A stretch of 64,000 nucleotides of DNA, taken from the human T2T-CHM13v2.0 reference genome, Homo sapiens. Where the stretch lies: assembly GCF_009914755.1 (NCBI RefSeq), contig NC_060940.1, one strand, 5' to 3'. The translations under genes and the position numbers were made by a program. Below the pieces are notes generated by a model that saw only the letters and a list, made by a program, of their open reading frames with translations, did no database searches and was not told where the DNA came from. This document shows positions 1 through 12,665 of the stretch, in pieces (within the stretch, counting starts at the first letter, position 1; each line of letters starts with the position of its first letter).

Positions 1-751
1 CATTCGATGATATTCCATTCGAGTCCATTCGATGATTCCATTCGTTGCTATTAGATGATGATTCCATTCATGACCATTTGGTGATTCCATTCGATTTCAT
101 TCGTTGATGATTCCATTCGAGTCCATTCCATGATTCCATTCAAGTCCATTTGATGATTTCTTTGAATTCAATTCGATGATGATTCCATTCGAGTCCATTC
201 GATGATTCCATTCAGTTCCATTCGATGATGATTCCTTTCGAGACCATATGATGATTCCATTTGATTTCATTCGATGATGATTCCATTCGATTCCATTCGA
301 TGATTCCATTCTATTCCATTCGATGACGATTCCATTCGAGTCCATTTAATGATTCCATTGGGTTCAATTCAATGATGATTACATTGGATTCTCTTCTATG
401 ATACCATACAATTCCGTTCATTGACAATTTGATTCCATTCGATGATGATTCCATTTGAGTTCATTCGATGATTCTATTCGATTCTCTTCGATGGTGATTC
501 AATTCTATTATATTGGATGATTCCATTCGATTCCATTTGATGTTGATTCAATTCGATTCTATTCGATGATGATTCCATTGGATTTCATTTGATGATTCTA
601 TTCGATTCCATTCAATGATGATTCACTTCTCGTCCATTGGATGATTCCATTTCATTCCATTCGATGATGATTCCATTCGATTCCATTCGATGATTCCATT
701 TGATTCCATTCGACGTTGAGCAATTCGATTCAATTCCATGATGATTCTATT

Positions 752-762
752 TGATTCAGTTA
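752..762 (-). promoter_or_regulatory. DUX4-consensus motif (TAACTGAATCA on - strand), one per A unit
   Basis: TGATTCAGTTA on + matches the reverse complement of TAAYBBAATCA. Motif match only. Confidence 0.4.
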
Positions 763-1567
763 GATGATGTTTCCATTCGAATCCATTCCATGATTATTCC
801 ATTGGAATCCATTCGGCGATGATTCCATATGAGTCAATTCAATGATGCTTCCATATGGGTCAGTTCGATGATAATTCCATTTGATTTCATTCGATGCTTC
901 TATTCAATTCCAGTCGATGATGATTCCGTTGGAGTCCATACGATGACTCCATTTGATTTCATTTGATGATGATTCCATTCGATTCCATTCGATAACTCCA
1001 TTCTGTTCCATTCGATGATGATTCCATTCGAGTCCATTCGATGATTCCATTCGAGTCCATTTCATGATTCCATTGGGTTCAATTCGATGATGATTACACT
1101 GGATTCCATTCTATGATTCCATTCAATTCCATTCGTTGATGATTCGATTCCATTCAATGATGATTCCATTTGAGTTCATTCGATGATTCTATTCGATTCC
1201 GTTCGATGGTGATTCAATTCTATTATATTGGATGATTCCATTCGATTCCATTTGATGATGATTCCATTCGATTCCATTCGATGATGATTCCATTTGATTC
1301 CATTTGATGTTGATTCTATTCGATTCTATTCAATGATGATTCCATTCGATTTCATTTGATGATTCTATTCTATTCCTTTCGATGATTCTATTCCATTCCA
1401 TTCGATGATGATTCAATTCTCTTCCATTGGATGATTCCATTTTATTCCATTCGACGATGACTCCATTTGATTCCATTCAATGATGATTCCATTCGATTCC
1501 ATTCGGTGATTCCATTTGATTCCATTCGACGGTGAGCAATTTGATTCAATTCCATAATGATTCTATT

Positions 1568-1578
1568 TGATTCAATTA
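1568..1578 (-). promoter_or_regulatory. DUX4-consensus motif (TAATTGAATCA on - strand), repeated at 14233, 26898, 39513, with a related site at 45965
   Basis: TGATTCAATTA on + matches the reverse complement of TAAYBBAATCA. DUX4 is known to bind and activate HSATII. This is a motif match only, with no occupancy data. Confidence 0.45.
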
Positions 1579-1606
1579 GATGATGTTTCCATTCGAATCC
1601 ATTCGG

Positions 1607-3285
1607 TGATGATTCCATTGGTATCCATTCGACGATGATTCCATATGAGTCAATTCGATGATGATTCCATACGAGTCCGTTGGATGATAATTCCATTTGA
1701 TTTCATTCAATCCTTCTATTCGATTCCATTTGATGATGATTCCATCTGAATCCATTCTCCGATTCCATTCGATTTCATTCGATGCTTCTATTTGATTTCA
1801 TTCGAAGATGATTCCTTTCAATTCCGTTCATTAATTCCATTTGATTCCATTCGATGATGATTCCATCCGATTCCATTGGATGATGATTCCATTCGAGTCC
1901 ATTCGATGATTCCGTTCTAATCCATTCTATGATTCCATTCGAGTCCATTCGATGATTCCATTCGATTCCATTCAGTGATGATTCCATTTGATTCCATCTG
2001 ATGATGATTTCATTTGATTCCATTCGATGATGATTCCATTGGAGTCCATTGAATGATTCAATTCAATTCCATTCCATGTGGATTCCATTCGAATTCATTC
2101 GATTATTCCATTCAAATCCCTTCGTTGATTCCATCTGATTCCACTTGACGATGATTCCATTCAAGTCCAATCGATGATTCCATTCGGTTCCATTCAATGA
2201 TTCCATTCGAGTCCATTTATGTATTATATTCGTGTCCACTTGATGACTCCATTCAATTCCATTTAATGATGATTCCATTTGATTCCATTTGATGATTCAG
2301 TTCGATTCCTTACAATGATTCCCTACGATTCCTTTCTATGATGATTCCATTCGATTCCATTCATTGATGATTCCATTCGACTCCATTCAATGATGATTCC
2401 TTTCGATTCCATTTGACGATGTTTCCATTTGAGTCCATTCGATGATGATTCCATTGGTATCCATTCGACGATGATTCCATATGAGTCAATTCGATGATGA
2501 TTCCATACGAGTCCGTTGGATGATAATTCCATTTGATTTCATTCAATCCTTCTATTCGATTCCATTTGATGATGATTCCATCTGAATCCATTCTCCGATT
2601 CCATTCGATTTCATTCGATGCTTCTATTTGATTTCATTCGAAGATGATTCCTTTCAATTCCATTCATTAATTCCATTTGATTCCATTCGATGATGATTCC
2701 ATCCGATTCCATTGGATGATGATTCCATTCGAGTCCATTCGATGATTCCGTTCTAATCCGTTCTATGATTCCATTCGAGTCCATTCGATGATTCCATTCG
2801 ATTCCATTCAGTGATGATTCCATTTGATTCCATCTGATGATGATTTCATTTGATTCCATTCGATGATGATTCCATTGGAGTCCATTGAATGATTCAATTC
2901 AATTCCATTCCATGTGGATTCCATTCGAATTCATTCGATTATTCCATTCAAATCCCTTCGTTGATTCCATCTGATTCCACTTGACGATGATTCCATTCAA
3001 GTCCAATCGATGATTCCATTCGGTTCCATTCAATGATTCCATTCGAGTCCATTTATGTATTATATTCGTGTCCACTTGATGACTCACTCCATTCAATTCC
3101 ATTTAATGATGATTCCATTTGATTCCATTTGATGATTCAGTTCGATTCCTTACAATGATTCCCTACGATTCCTTTCTATGATGATTCCATTCGATTCCAT
3201 TCATTGATGATTCCATTCGACTCCATTCGATGATGATTCCTTTCGATTCCATTTGACGATGTTTCCTTTTGAGTCCATTCGATGA
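1607..3285 (+). repeat. Internal 836-bp tandem duplication in family A unit (copy 1)
   Basis: Markers ccattggtatcc, ccatacgagtccgttgg, ccatgtggattcc and atttatgtattatattcgtg each occur twice, 836 bp apart (ORFs 1775/2611, 2063/2899). The second half carries a 4-bp insertion (gactcactcc) near 3085. Confidence 0.92.
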
Positions 3286-6200
3286 TGATTCAATTCAGTT
3301 CTGTTCTATTATGAATCCATTCGATTTCATTCAATGCTTCTATTTGATTCCATTCGACGATGATTCCATCTCTTTCCCTTCGATGTTTCCATTTGATTCC
3401 ATTCAGTGATGATTCCATTTGATTCCATCTGATGATGATTTCACTTGATTCATTTCAATGATGATTCCATTCAAGTCCATTCGATGATTCCATTGGAGTC
3501 CAAACGATCATTCCATTCGATTCCATTCAATGATGATTCCATTCATGTCCATTCAATGAATCCTTTCAATTCCATTCGATGATGACTCCATTCGAGTACA
3601 TTCGATGATTCCATTTGATTCCATTTGATGATGACTACATTCAATTCCATTCGAAGATGATTCCATTCAATTCCACTTGATGATGATTCCGTATGAATCC
3701 ATTCGCTGATTATTCCATTCGATTCCATTCATTGACGATTCCATTCGATTCCATTCAATGATGATGCTCTTCTATTCCATTCGATGATTCCGGTCGATTC
3801 CATTCGATGATGATTCCATTAGATTCCATTCGATTGTTGCATTCGATTCCCTTCGATGATGATTCCTTTGAATTCCATTCTATTATGATTCCGTATGAAT
3901 CCATTTGATGATTATTCCATTGGATTCCTTTCGATGATGATTCCATTCGATTCCATTTGATGATGTTTCTCATGTATTCCATTTGATAATTCCTTTCAAT
4001 TCCCTTCGATGATGATTCTTTCGAGTCAATTCGATGATTCTATTCCATTCCCTTCGATGATGATTCCATTTCACTCCATTCGATGATTCCATTCGATTCA
4101 ATTTGGTGATGATTCAATTCGATGACATTCAATGACTCCATTCAATTTCATTTGATGATGATTACATTCGAGTCCATTTGATGATTGTATTCCTTTCCTT
4201 TTGATGATTATTCCATTCGTGTCTATTCAAAGATTCCATTCTATTCCATTCAATGATGATTCCAATTGATTCCATTCAATGATTATGGCTATCGATTCCA
4301 CTCGTTGATTCCATTTGATTCCATTCGATGATTATTCCGTTAGATTCCATTAGGAGATTCCATTCGATTTTATTCAATGATTCCAATTGATTCCATTCAA
4401 TGATGATTCCATTCGACTCCATTCAGTGATTCCATTTGAGTCCATTTGATGATTCCATTCGAGTCCATTTGATGATTCCATTCTTTTCCATTTGATGATG
4501 ATTCCATTAGGGTCCATTCAATGATTCCATTCGAGTCCATTCGTTAATGCCTTTCGAGTCCTTTTGATCACTACATTCGAGTCCATTCAATGATTCTATT
4601 CGATTCCATTCCATGATGATTCCATTCGAGTTCATTCGATGATTGCATTCGAGTCCATTTGATGATTCCATAAGATTCCATTCGACAATGATTCCATTCG
4701 TGTCCATTTGATGATTCCATTCATTTCCTATCGATGAAGATTCCATTCGAGTGTATTCGATGATTCCATTCAAATCCATTCGATGATGATTCCATTCCAG
4801 TCCATTCGATCATTCCACTTGATTCCATTTGATGACTATTCCATTCAAATCCATTTGATGATTCCATTCGATTCCATTCGATGTTACCATTCCAGTATAT
4901 ACGATGATTCCACTCGATTCCATTTGATGATTATTCCATTGGAGTCGACTTAGTGAATCCTTTAGATTCTACTCGAAGATGATTCCATTCGAGTCCATTC
5001 GATGATACCATTCAATTCCATTCGTTGATGCTTCCATTCAAGTGCATTCGATGATATCATTCGATTCCATTTGATGATAATTCCATTTGATTCCATGTGA
5101 TGATTCTATTCCATTCCATTCAATGATAATTCCATTCAATTCAGTGATTCCTCTGGACTCCATTTGATGATGATTCCATTCAATGATTCCATTCGATTCT
5201 ATTCGAAAATGATTCCATTTGAATCCATTTGATGATGATTCCATTCGATTCCATTTGATGATTCCATTCGATTCCATTCGACGATGATTCCATTCGATTC
5301 CATTTGATGATTCCATTCTATTCTATTCGATGATGATTCCATTCGATTCCATTCGATGATGATTGGATTCGATTCCATTTGATGATTTCATTTGATTCCA
5401 TTCGATGATGATTTCGATCAATTCCATTCGATGATTCCATTCGATTCCATTTGATAATGATTACATCCGAGTCCATTCGATGATTCCATTTGAGCCCGTT
5501 CGATAATTCCATTTGAGTCCAATCAATGATTCCATTCATTTCCATTCAATGATTCCATTCGAGTCCATTTGATCATTCCGGTAGGGTCCGTTCGATGTTG
5601 ATTCCATTGGAGTGCATTCGATGATTCCATTCGAGTCCATTTTAGGATTTGATTCGAGTCCTTTCGATGATTCCATTCGATTCCACTCGATGCGATGATG
5701 ATTTCATTCGAGTCCATTCGACACTTCCAATCGATTCCATTTGATGTTTCCATTCGAGTCCAATTGATGATTCCATTCAATTCCATTCGATGATGATTCC
5801 GTACGATTCCATTCTGTGATGATTCCATGTGATTGCATTCAATGATGATTCCTTTCGATTGCATTCGATTATGATTCATTTCGTGTTCATTCTATGGTTC
5901 CACAGGTTTCACATCGTGTCCATTCCATTATTCCATTCTATTCCATTTGATGATGATTCCATTCGATTCCATTCATTGGTGATTCCACTCAATTCCATTC
6001 AATGATTCCATTCCATTTCTTTCAACAATGATTCCATTAGTTTCTAATCGATGATCCACTTGATTCCATTTGACGATGATTCCATTCTTGTCCATTCGAT
6101 GATTCCATTTGATTCCATATGATGATGATTCCATTCGATTCCATACGATGATGATTCCATTCGAGTCCATTCAATGGTGATTCCATTCAATTCCATTCGA

Positions 6201-9200
6201 TGATTCCTTTCGATTCCATTTGATGATGATGGCATTCGATTCCTTTCAATCATTCCCTTTGATTCCACTCAAAGGTGATTTCATTCAAGTCCATTCGATA
6301 ATTGCATTCGATTCCATTCTATGATGATTCCATTCGAGTCCATTTGATGATTCCATTCAATTCAAGTCAATGATGATTCCATTCGATTCCATTCGATGAT
6401 TCCATTGGATTCCATTCGATGATGATTCCATTCAAATCCATTCGATAATTCAATTCACGTCCATTCGATGATGATTCCAATCGAATCCATTCAAAGATTC
6501 CATTCAATTCCATTCGATGATTCCCTTAGATTCCATTCGATGATTCCACTTGATTCCATTTACGATGATTCCATTCGATTCCATGTGATGATTCCATTCA
6601 ATTCTATTCAATGATGTTTCCATTTGATTCCATTCGACCATGATTGCCTTTGATTCCATTCAATGATTCCATTCGGTTCCGTTTGATGATGATTCCGTTC
6701 GATTCCATTTGATGATTCCATTTGATTCCATTGGATGAGTCCATTCGATTACATTCGATGATTATTCCATTCGAGTGCATTAGATGATTCCATTCGAGTC
6801 CATTCGATGATTCCATTCGAGTCCATTCGATGATTCCATTCGATTCCATTCGATGTTGATTCTGTTCAAATCCATTCGATGATTCCACTCGATTCCATTC
6901 GATGACTCCATTTGATCCCATTCGATGATTTCCTTTGATTCCCTTTGATGATCATTCCATTTGATTCAATTCGGTGATTTCATTGGATTCCATTCAGTGA
7001 TGTTTCCATTCGACTCCATTCGATGATGATTCCATTCGACTACATTCGATTATGATTTCATTCAATTCCATTCGATAAAGATTCCCTTCGAGTCCAATCG
7101 ATGATTCCATTCGATTCCATTCAACGATGATTTGATTCGTGTCCATTCGATGATTCCATTTGATTCCACTTGATGAGGATTCCATTCGAGTCCATTTGAT
7201 GATTCCATTCAATTCCATTCTCCGATGATTTCTTTTGAGCCCATTCAATGCTTCCACTCGATTCCATATGATGATGACTCCATTCGATGAAACTCGATGA
7301 TGATTCCATTCGCTTGCATTCGATGATGATTCCACTTCAGTCCGTTAGAAGATTCTATTCAATTACATTCCATGACGATTCCGTTCGAGTCCATTTGATG
7401 ATTCCATTAGACTCCATTCGACGATGATTCCATTCGATGTTATTCGATGATTCCATTCGATCTCATTCGATGATGATTCCATTCAACTCCATTCGATGTT
7501 TCCATTCGAGTTCATTCTATTATTCCATTAGATTCCATTCGATGATGATTCCATTCGATTCCATTTGATGATTGCATTCTATTTCATTTGATGAGGATTC
7601 CATTCGAGTCCACTCGATGATTCCATTCGAGTCCATTTAATGAATCCATTGGTTTCAATTCTATGATGATTACATTGGATTCCATTCGTTGATGATTTCA
7701 TTCGGTTCCATTCAATGATGATTCCATTCAATTCCTTTCAATGTTTCCATTCAATTCCATACGATGATGATTCCATTTGATTTGATTCGACAGTGAGCCA
7801 TTCGATTCAATTCCATGATGATTCTATTTGATTCACTTGGTTGACATTTCCATTCGATTCCATTCGATGATGATTCCATTTGATTCCATTCAAAGATGAT
7901 TCCATTCTAGCCCATTCAATCATTCCATTCGATTCTATTCAATGATGATTCCATTCATGTCGATTTGGTGATTCCATTTGACTTCATTTGATGATGATTC
8001 CTTTCAAGTTCATTAGATGATTCAATTCGATTCCATTTGATGATGATCCCATTCGAGTCCATTCAGTGATTCCACTCGTTTCCATTCCATGATGATTCCA
8101 TTTCATTCCATTCAATGATTCCATTCGATTCCGTTTGATGATGATTTCATTCGAGTCCATTTGATGATTCCATTTGATTCCATTCGATGATGATTCCATT
8201 CGAGTCCATTCGATGATTCTATTCGAATCCATTTGATGATTTCTTTTGATTATATTTGGTGATGATTCCATTGGAGTCCATTCAATGATTCCATTCGATT
8301 CCAATCGATGGTGGTTCCATTAGAGTCCATTTAATGATTCCATTTGATTCCAGTCTCTGATGTTTACATTCGAGTCCATACGATGATTCCACTCAATTCC
8401 ATATGATGATGATTCCATTCGATTCCATTCGATGATTCCATTCTATTCTATTCAATGGTGATTCCATTCGAGTACATTAGATGATTCCATTCGATTCCAT
8501 TCAATGATGATTCTATTTGTGTCCCTTAGATGATTCCACATGATTCCATTAGATGATGATACTATTTGAGCCCATCCAATGATTCCCTTCGATTCCATTC
8601 GATGAGGATTCCATTCGATTCAATTCATTGGTGATTCTATTCAATTCAATTCTTTGATTCAATTCCATTCCATTCGACAATGATTCCATTCGATTTCTTT
8701 CGATGATTCCACTCAATTTCACTTGACATTGATTCCATTCGATTCCATTCAATGATTCCATTTGATTCCAGTGGATGATGATTGCCGTCGATTCCATTCG
8801 ATCACTCCATTCTGTTCCATTTGATGATGATTACATTCGATTCCATTTGATGATTCCATCTGATTCTATTCGAGGATTCCATTTGATTCCATTCGATGAT
8901 GATTCCATTCGAGTCCATTCGATGATTTCATTCGAGTACATCCAATGATTCTATTCGAGTCCATTTGATGATTCCATTTCATTCCATTTGATTATGATTC
9001 TACTAGAGTCCATTCAATGACTCCATTCGAGTCCATTCAACAGTTCCATCCGAGTCCATTCGATGATTCCATTCGATTCCATTGGATTATTCCATTCGAG
9101 TCCATTTAATCATTACAGTCGAGTCCATTTGGTGATTCCACTGGATTTCTTTTGATAATGATACCATTCATTTACATTTGATGATGATCCCATTCAATTT

Positions 9201-12200
9201 CATTTGATGATGATTCCATTAGAGTCCATTCCATGATTTCATTCGAGTCCCTTCATTGATTCCATCCGATTTCATTTCATGATGACTCCATTCGAGTCCA
9301 TTCGATGATTCCACTCGATTCCATTAGATGATTCCATTGGAGTCAATTTGATTGTTCCATTCGATTCCATTCGATTCCTTTCGAAGATTATTCCATTTGA
9401 GTCCATTCGATGATGATTCCATTCCATTCCATTCGATGATTCCGTTTGATTCCATTCGATGATTCCCTGCGATTCCTTTCTATGATGATTCCATTCCATT
9501 CCATTCAATGATTCCATTCGAATCTATTCCATGATGATTCCTTTCGATTCCATTCGCTGATGTTTCCGTTCAATTCCATTCGATGATGATTCCATTCGAT
9601 TCCATTCATTGAGGATTCCATTGGATTCCATTCAATGATGATTCCATTCTATTCCATTCAATGATTGCATTCAATTCCATTCAATGATTATGCCATTAGA
9701 GTAAATTCAACGATTCCATTCAATACCATTCGATGATGATTCCTTTTGAGTCCATTCAATGATTTCATTCAAGTCCATTTGATGATTCCTTTCAATTCCA
9801 TTCCATGATGATTCCATTCGAGTCCATTCGATGATTCCATTCGATTGCATTCGATGATTCCATTATATTCCATTCAACGATGATTCCATTCGAGTCCATT
9901 CGATGATTCCATTAGAGTACATTTAATGATTGCTTTGTTTTCAATTCGAAGATGATTACATTGGATTCCATTCTATGATTCCATTCGATTCCATTCATTG
10001 ATGATTCCACCCAATTCCATTCGATGATGATTCCATTCGATTTCAATGATTCTACTCGATTCCATTCAATGATGATTCAATTCTATTCCGTTTGATGATT
10101 CCATTAGATTCCATTCTATGATGATTCCATTCGAGTCCATTCGAAGATTTCATTCGATTACATTCCATGACGATTCCATTCGAGTCCATTCGATGATTCC
10201 ATTTGAATCCATTCGACGATGATTCCATTTGATGCTATTCGATGATTCCATTGGATTCCATTCGATGATGATTCCATTCGACTTGATTTGATGTTTCTAT
10301 TTGAGTCCATTCGGTTATTTTATTAGACTACATTCGATGATGATTCCATTCGATGCCATTCAATGATTCCATTTGATTCCACTCAATGATGATTGCATTC
10401 GTGTCCATTCGATGATTCCATTTGGTTCCATTTGATGATGATTCCATTCGAGTCCATTCGATGATACCATTCAATTCCATTCGATGATCATTCCATTCGA
10501 ATCCATTTGATGATTCCACTCAATTCCATTTGATGACTCCTTTCATTCCCATTCGATGATTCCCTTCAGTTCCAATTGGATGATCTTTCCATTTGATTCA
10601 ATATGGTGACTCCATTCTATTATATTCAATGATGATTCCATTCGACTCCATTAGATGATGACTCCATTCCATTCCATTCGATTGTGATTTCATTCGATTC
10701 CATTCGAAGATGATTCCATTCGAGTCCATTTGATGATTCCATTCGATTCCATTCAATGATGATTCCACTCAAATCCATTGGATGATTCCATTCGTTTCCA
10801 ATTGGTGATTTCATTAGATTCCATTCGAGGATGATTCTATTCGAGTCCATTCAATGATTCCATTGGATTCCGTTTGATAATGATTCCATTAGAGTTCATT
10901 CGATGATTCCCTTCGAGTCCATTCGATTATTTCTTTTGATTCCATTTGATGATGATTCCATTCGATTCCATTCAATGATTCCATTCCATTCCATTCGATG
11001 ATGATTCCATTCGATAATGATTACATTCGAGCCCATGTGATGATTCCATTAGATTCTATTCAATGATGATTCCATTCGACCACATTCGATGATGGCATTC
11101 GAGTCCATTCGATGATTTCACTCGATTCCACTTGATGATGATTCCTTTTGAGTCCATTTGATGATTACATTCGAGTCCATGAGATGACTCCATTCGATTC
11201 CATTTCATGATGATGCAATTCGAGGCTATTCGATCATCCCATTTTAGTGCATTCGGTGATTCTCTTTTATTACATTCGATGAGGGCTCCATTCGAGTCCA
11301 TTCAATGATTCCATTAGATTCCACTCGATGATGATTCCATTTGAGTCCATTCAAAGATTCCTTTCGAGTCCATTCGATAATTCTATTGGATTCCACTAGG
11401 TGATGATTCCTTTCGAGTCAATTCGATGATTCCTTTCAAGTGCCTTCAATGATTCCATTCGATTCCATTCGATGACGATTCATTTCAAGTCCATTCAATG
11501 GTTCCATTCTGTTGAATTTGATGGTTCCATTTGATTCCATTCGATGATGATTCCATTCGTGTCCATTGGATGATTCCATTCGATTCCTTTCGAGGAAGAT
11601 TCCATTCGACTCCATTCGATGATTCCGTTCGATTCCATTCCATGATGATTCCATTTGATTCCATTCCATGATTCCATTCGATACCATTCGATGATGATTC
11701 CATTCGACTCCATTTGATGAATCCATTCAATGCTTCCATTCGAGTCCATTCGATGATTCCATTCGATTCCATTCCATGAAGATTCCATTCGAGTACATTT
11801 GATGATTCCATTTAATTCCATAGGATGATGATTCTATTAGGGTCCGTTGACTATTCCATTCAATTCCATTCGAAGAATCCATTCGAGTCCACTCGATGAT
11901 TCTATTTGATTCCATTTGATAATTCCATTCGATTCCATTTGATGTTGATTCCATTCGAGTCCATTCGATCATTATTACATTTGATTCTATTCGATGATTC
12001 CATTCGATTCCATTTGATGAGGATTCCATTCGAGACCATTTGATGATTCCATTCAATTCCATTGGATGATTCCAATATTTTCCATTAGATGATGATTCCA
12101 TTCGATTCCATTCAATGATGATTCCATCAGAATCCATTCGATGATGACTCCTTTTGCTTCCATTCAATGATCATTACATTCGGTTCCATTCGATGATGAT

Positions 12201-12665
12201 TCCTTTGGATTCCATTCGATGATGCTTCCATTCGATTCCATTTGATGATGATTCTTTTCGATTCCATTTGATGATGATTCCATTTGATTCCATTCGATGG
12301 TGATTCCATTTGATGATTCCATTCGATTGTATTCGATGATGATTCCACTCGATTCTATTTGATGATGACTGCATTCGATTCCATTTGATGATTCCATTTG
12401 ATTCCATTCGATGATGATTCTGATCAATTGCATTCGATGATCCATTCGATTCCATTTGATGGTTCCATTTGATTCCATTTGATAATGATTCCTTTCGAGT
12501 CCATTCGATGATTCCATTTGCGGATATTCGATAATTCCATTTGAGTCCAACCGATGATTCCATTCGAGGCCATTCAATCATTCTTTTTGAGTCCTTTCGA
12601 TAAAGATTCCATTTTAGTCCATTCAATAATTCCACTGGAGTCCATTCGATGATTGCTTTTAATTC

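Larger units (their letters stand above)
1..12665 (+). repeat. Family A macro-repeat copy 1 (12,665 bp; phase set arbitrarily at window start)
   Basis: The opening sequence cattcgatgatattccattcgagtcc...gttgctattag recurs at 12666, 25331 and 37946. ORF markers recur at +12665 (1442/14107, 5038/17703, 12174/24839). Confidence 0.96.

Noticed and set aside
2215-2234. AT-rich atttatgtattatattcgtg as a TATA-like promoter or foreign insert
   Set aside because: It aligns in register with the monomer (atttgatgattccattcgag) as a heavily mutated copy, and there is no other promoter evidence.
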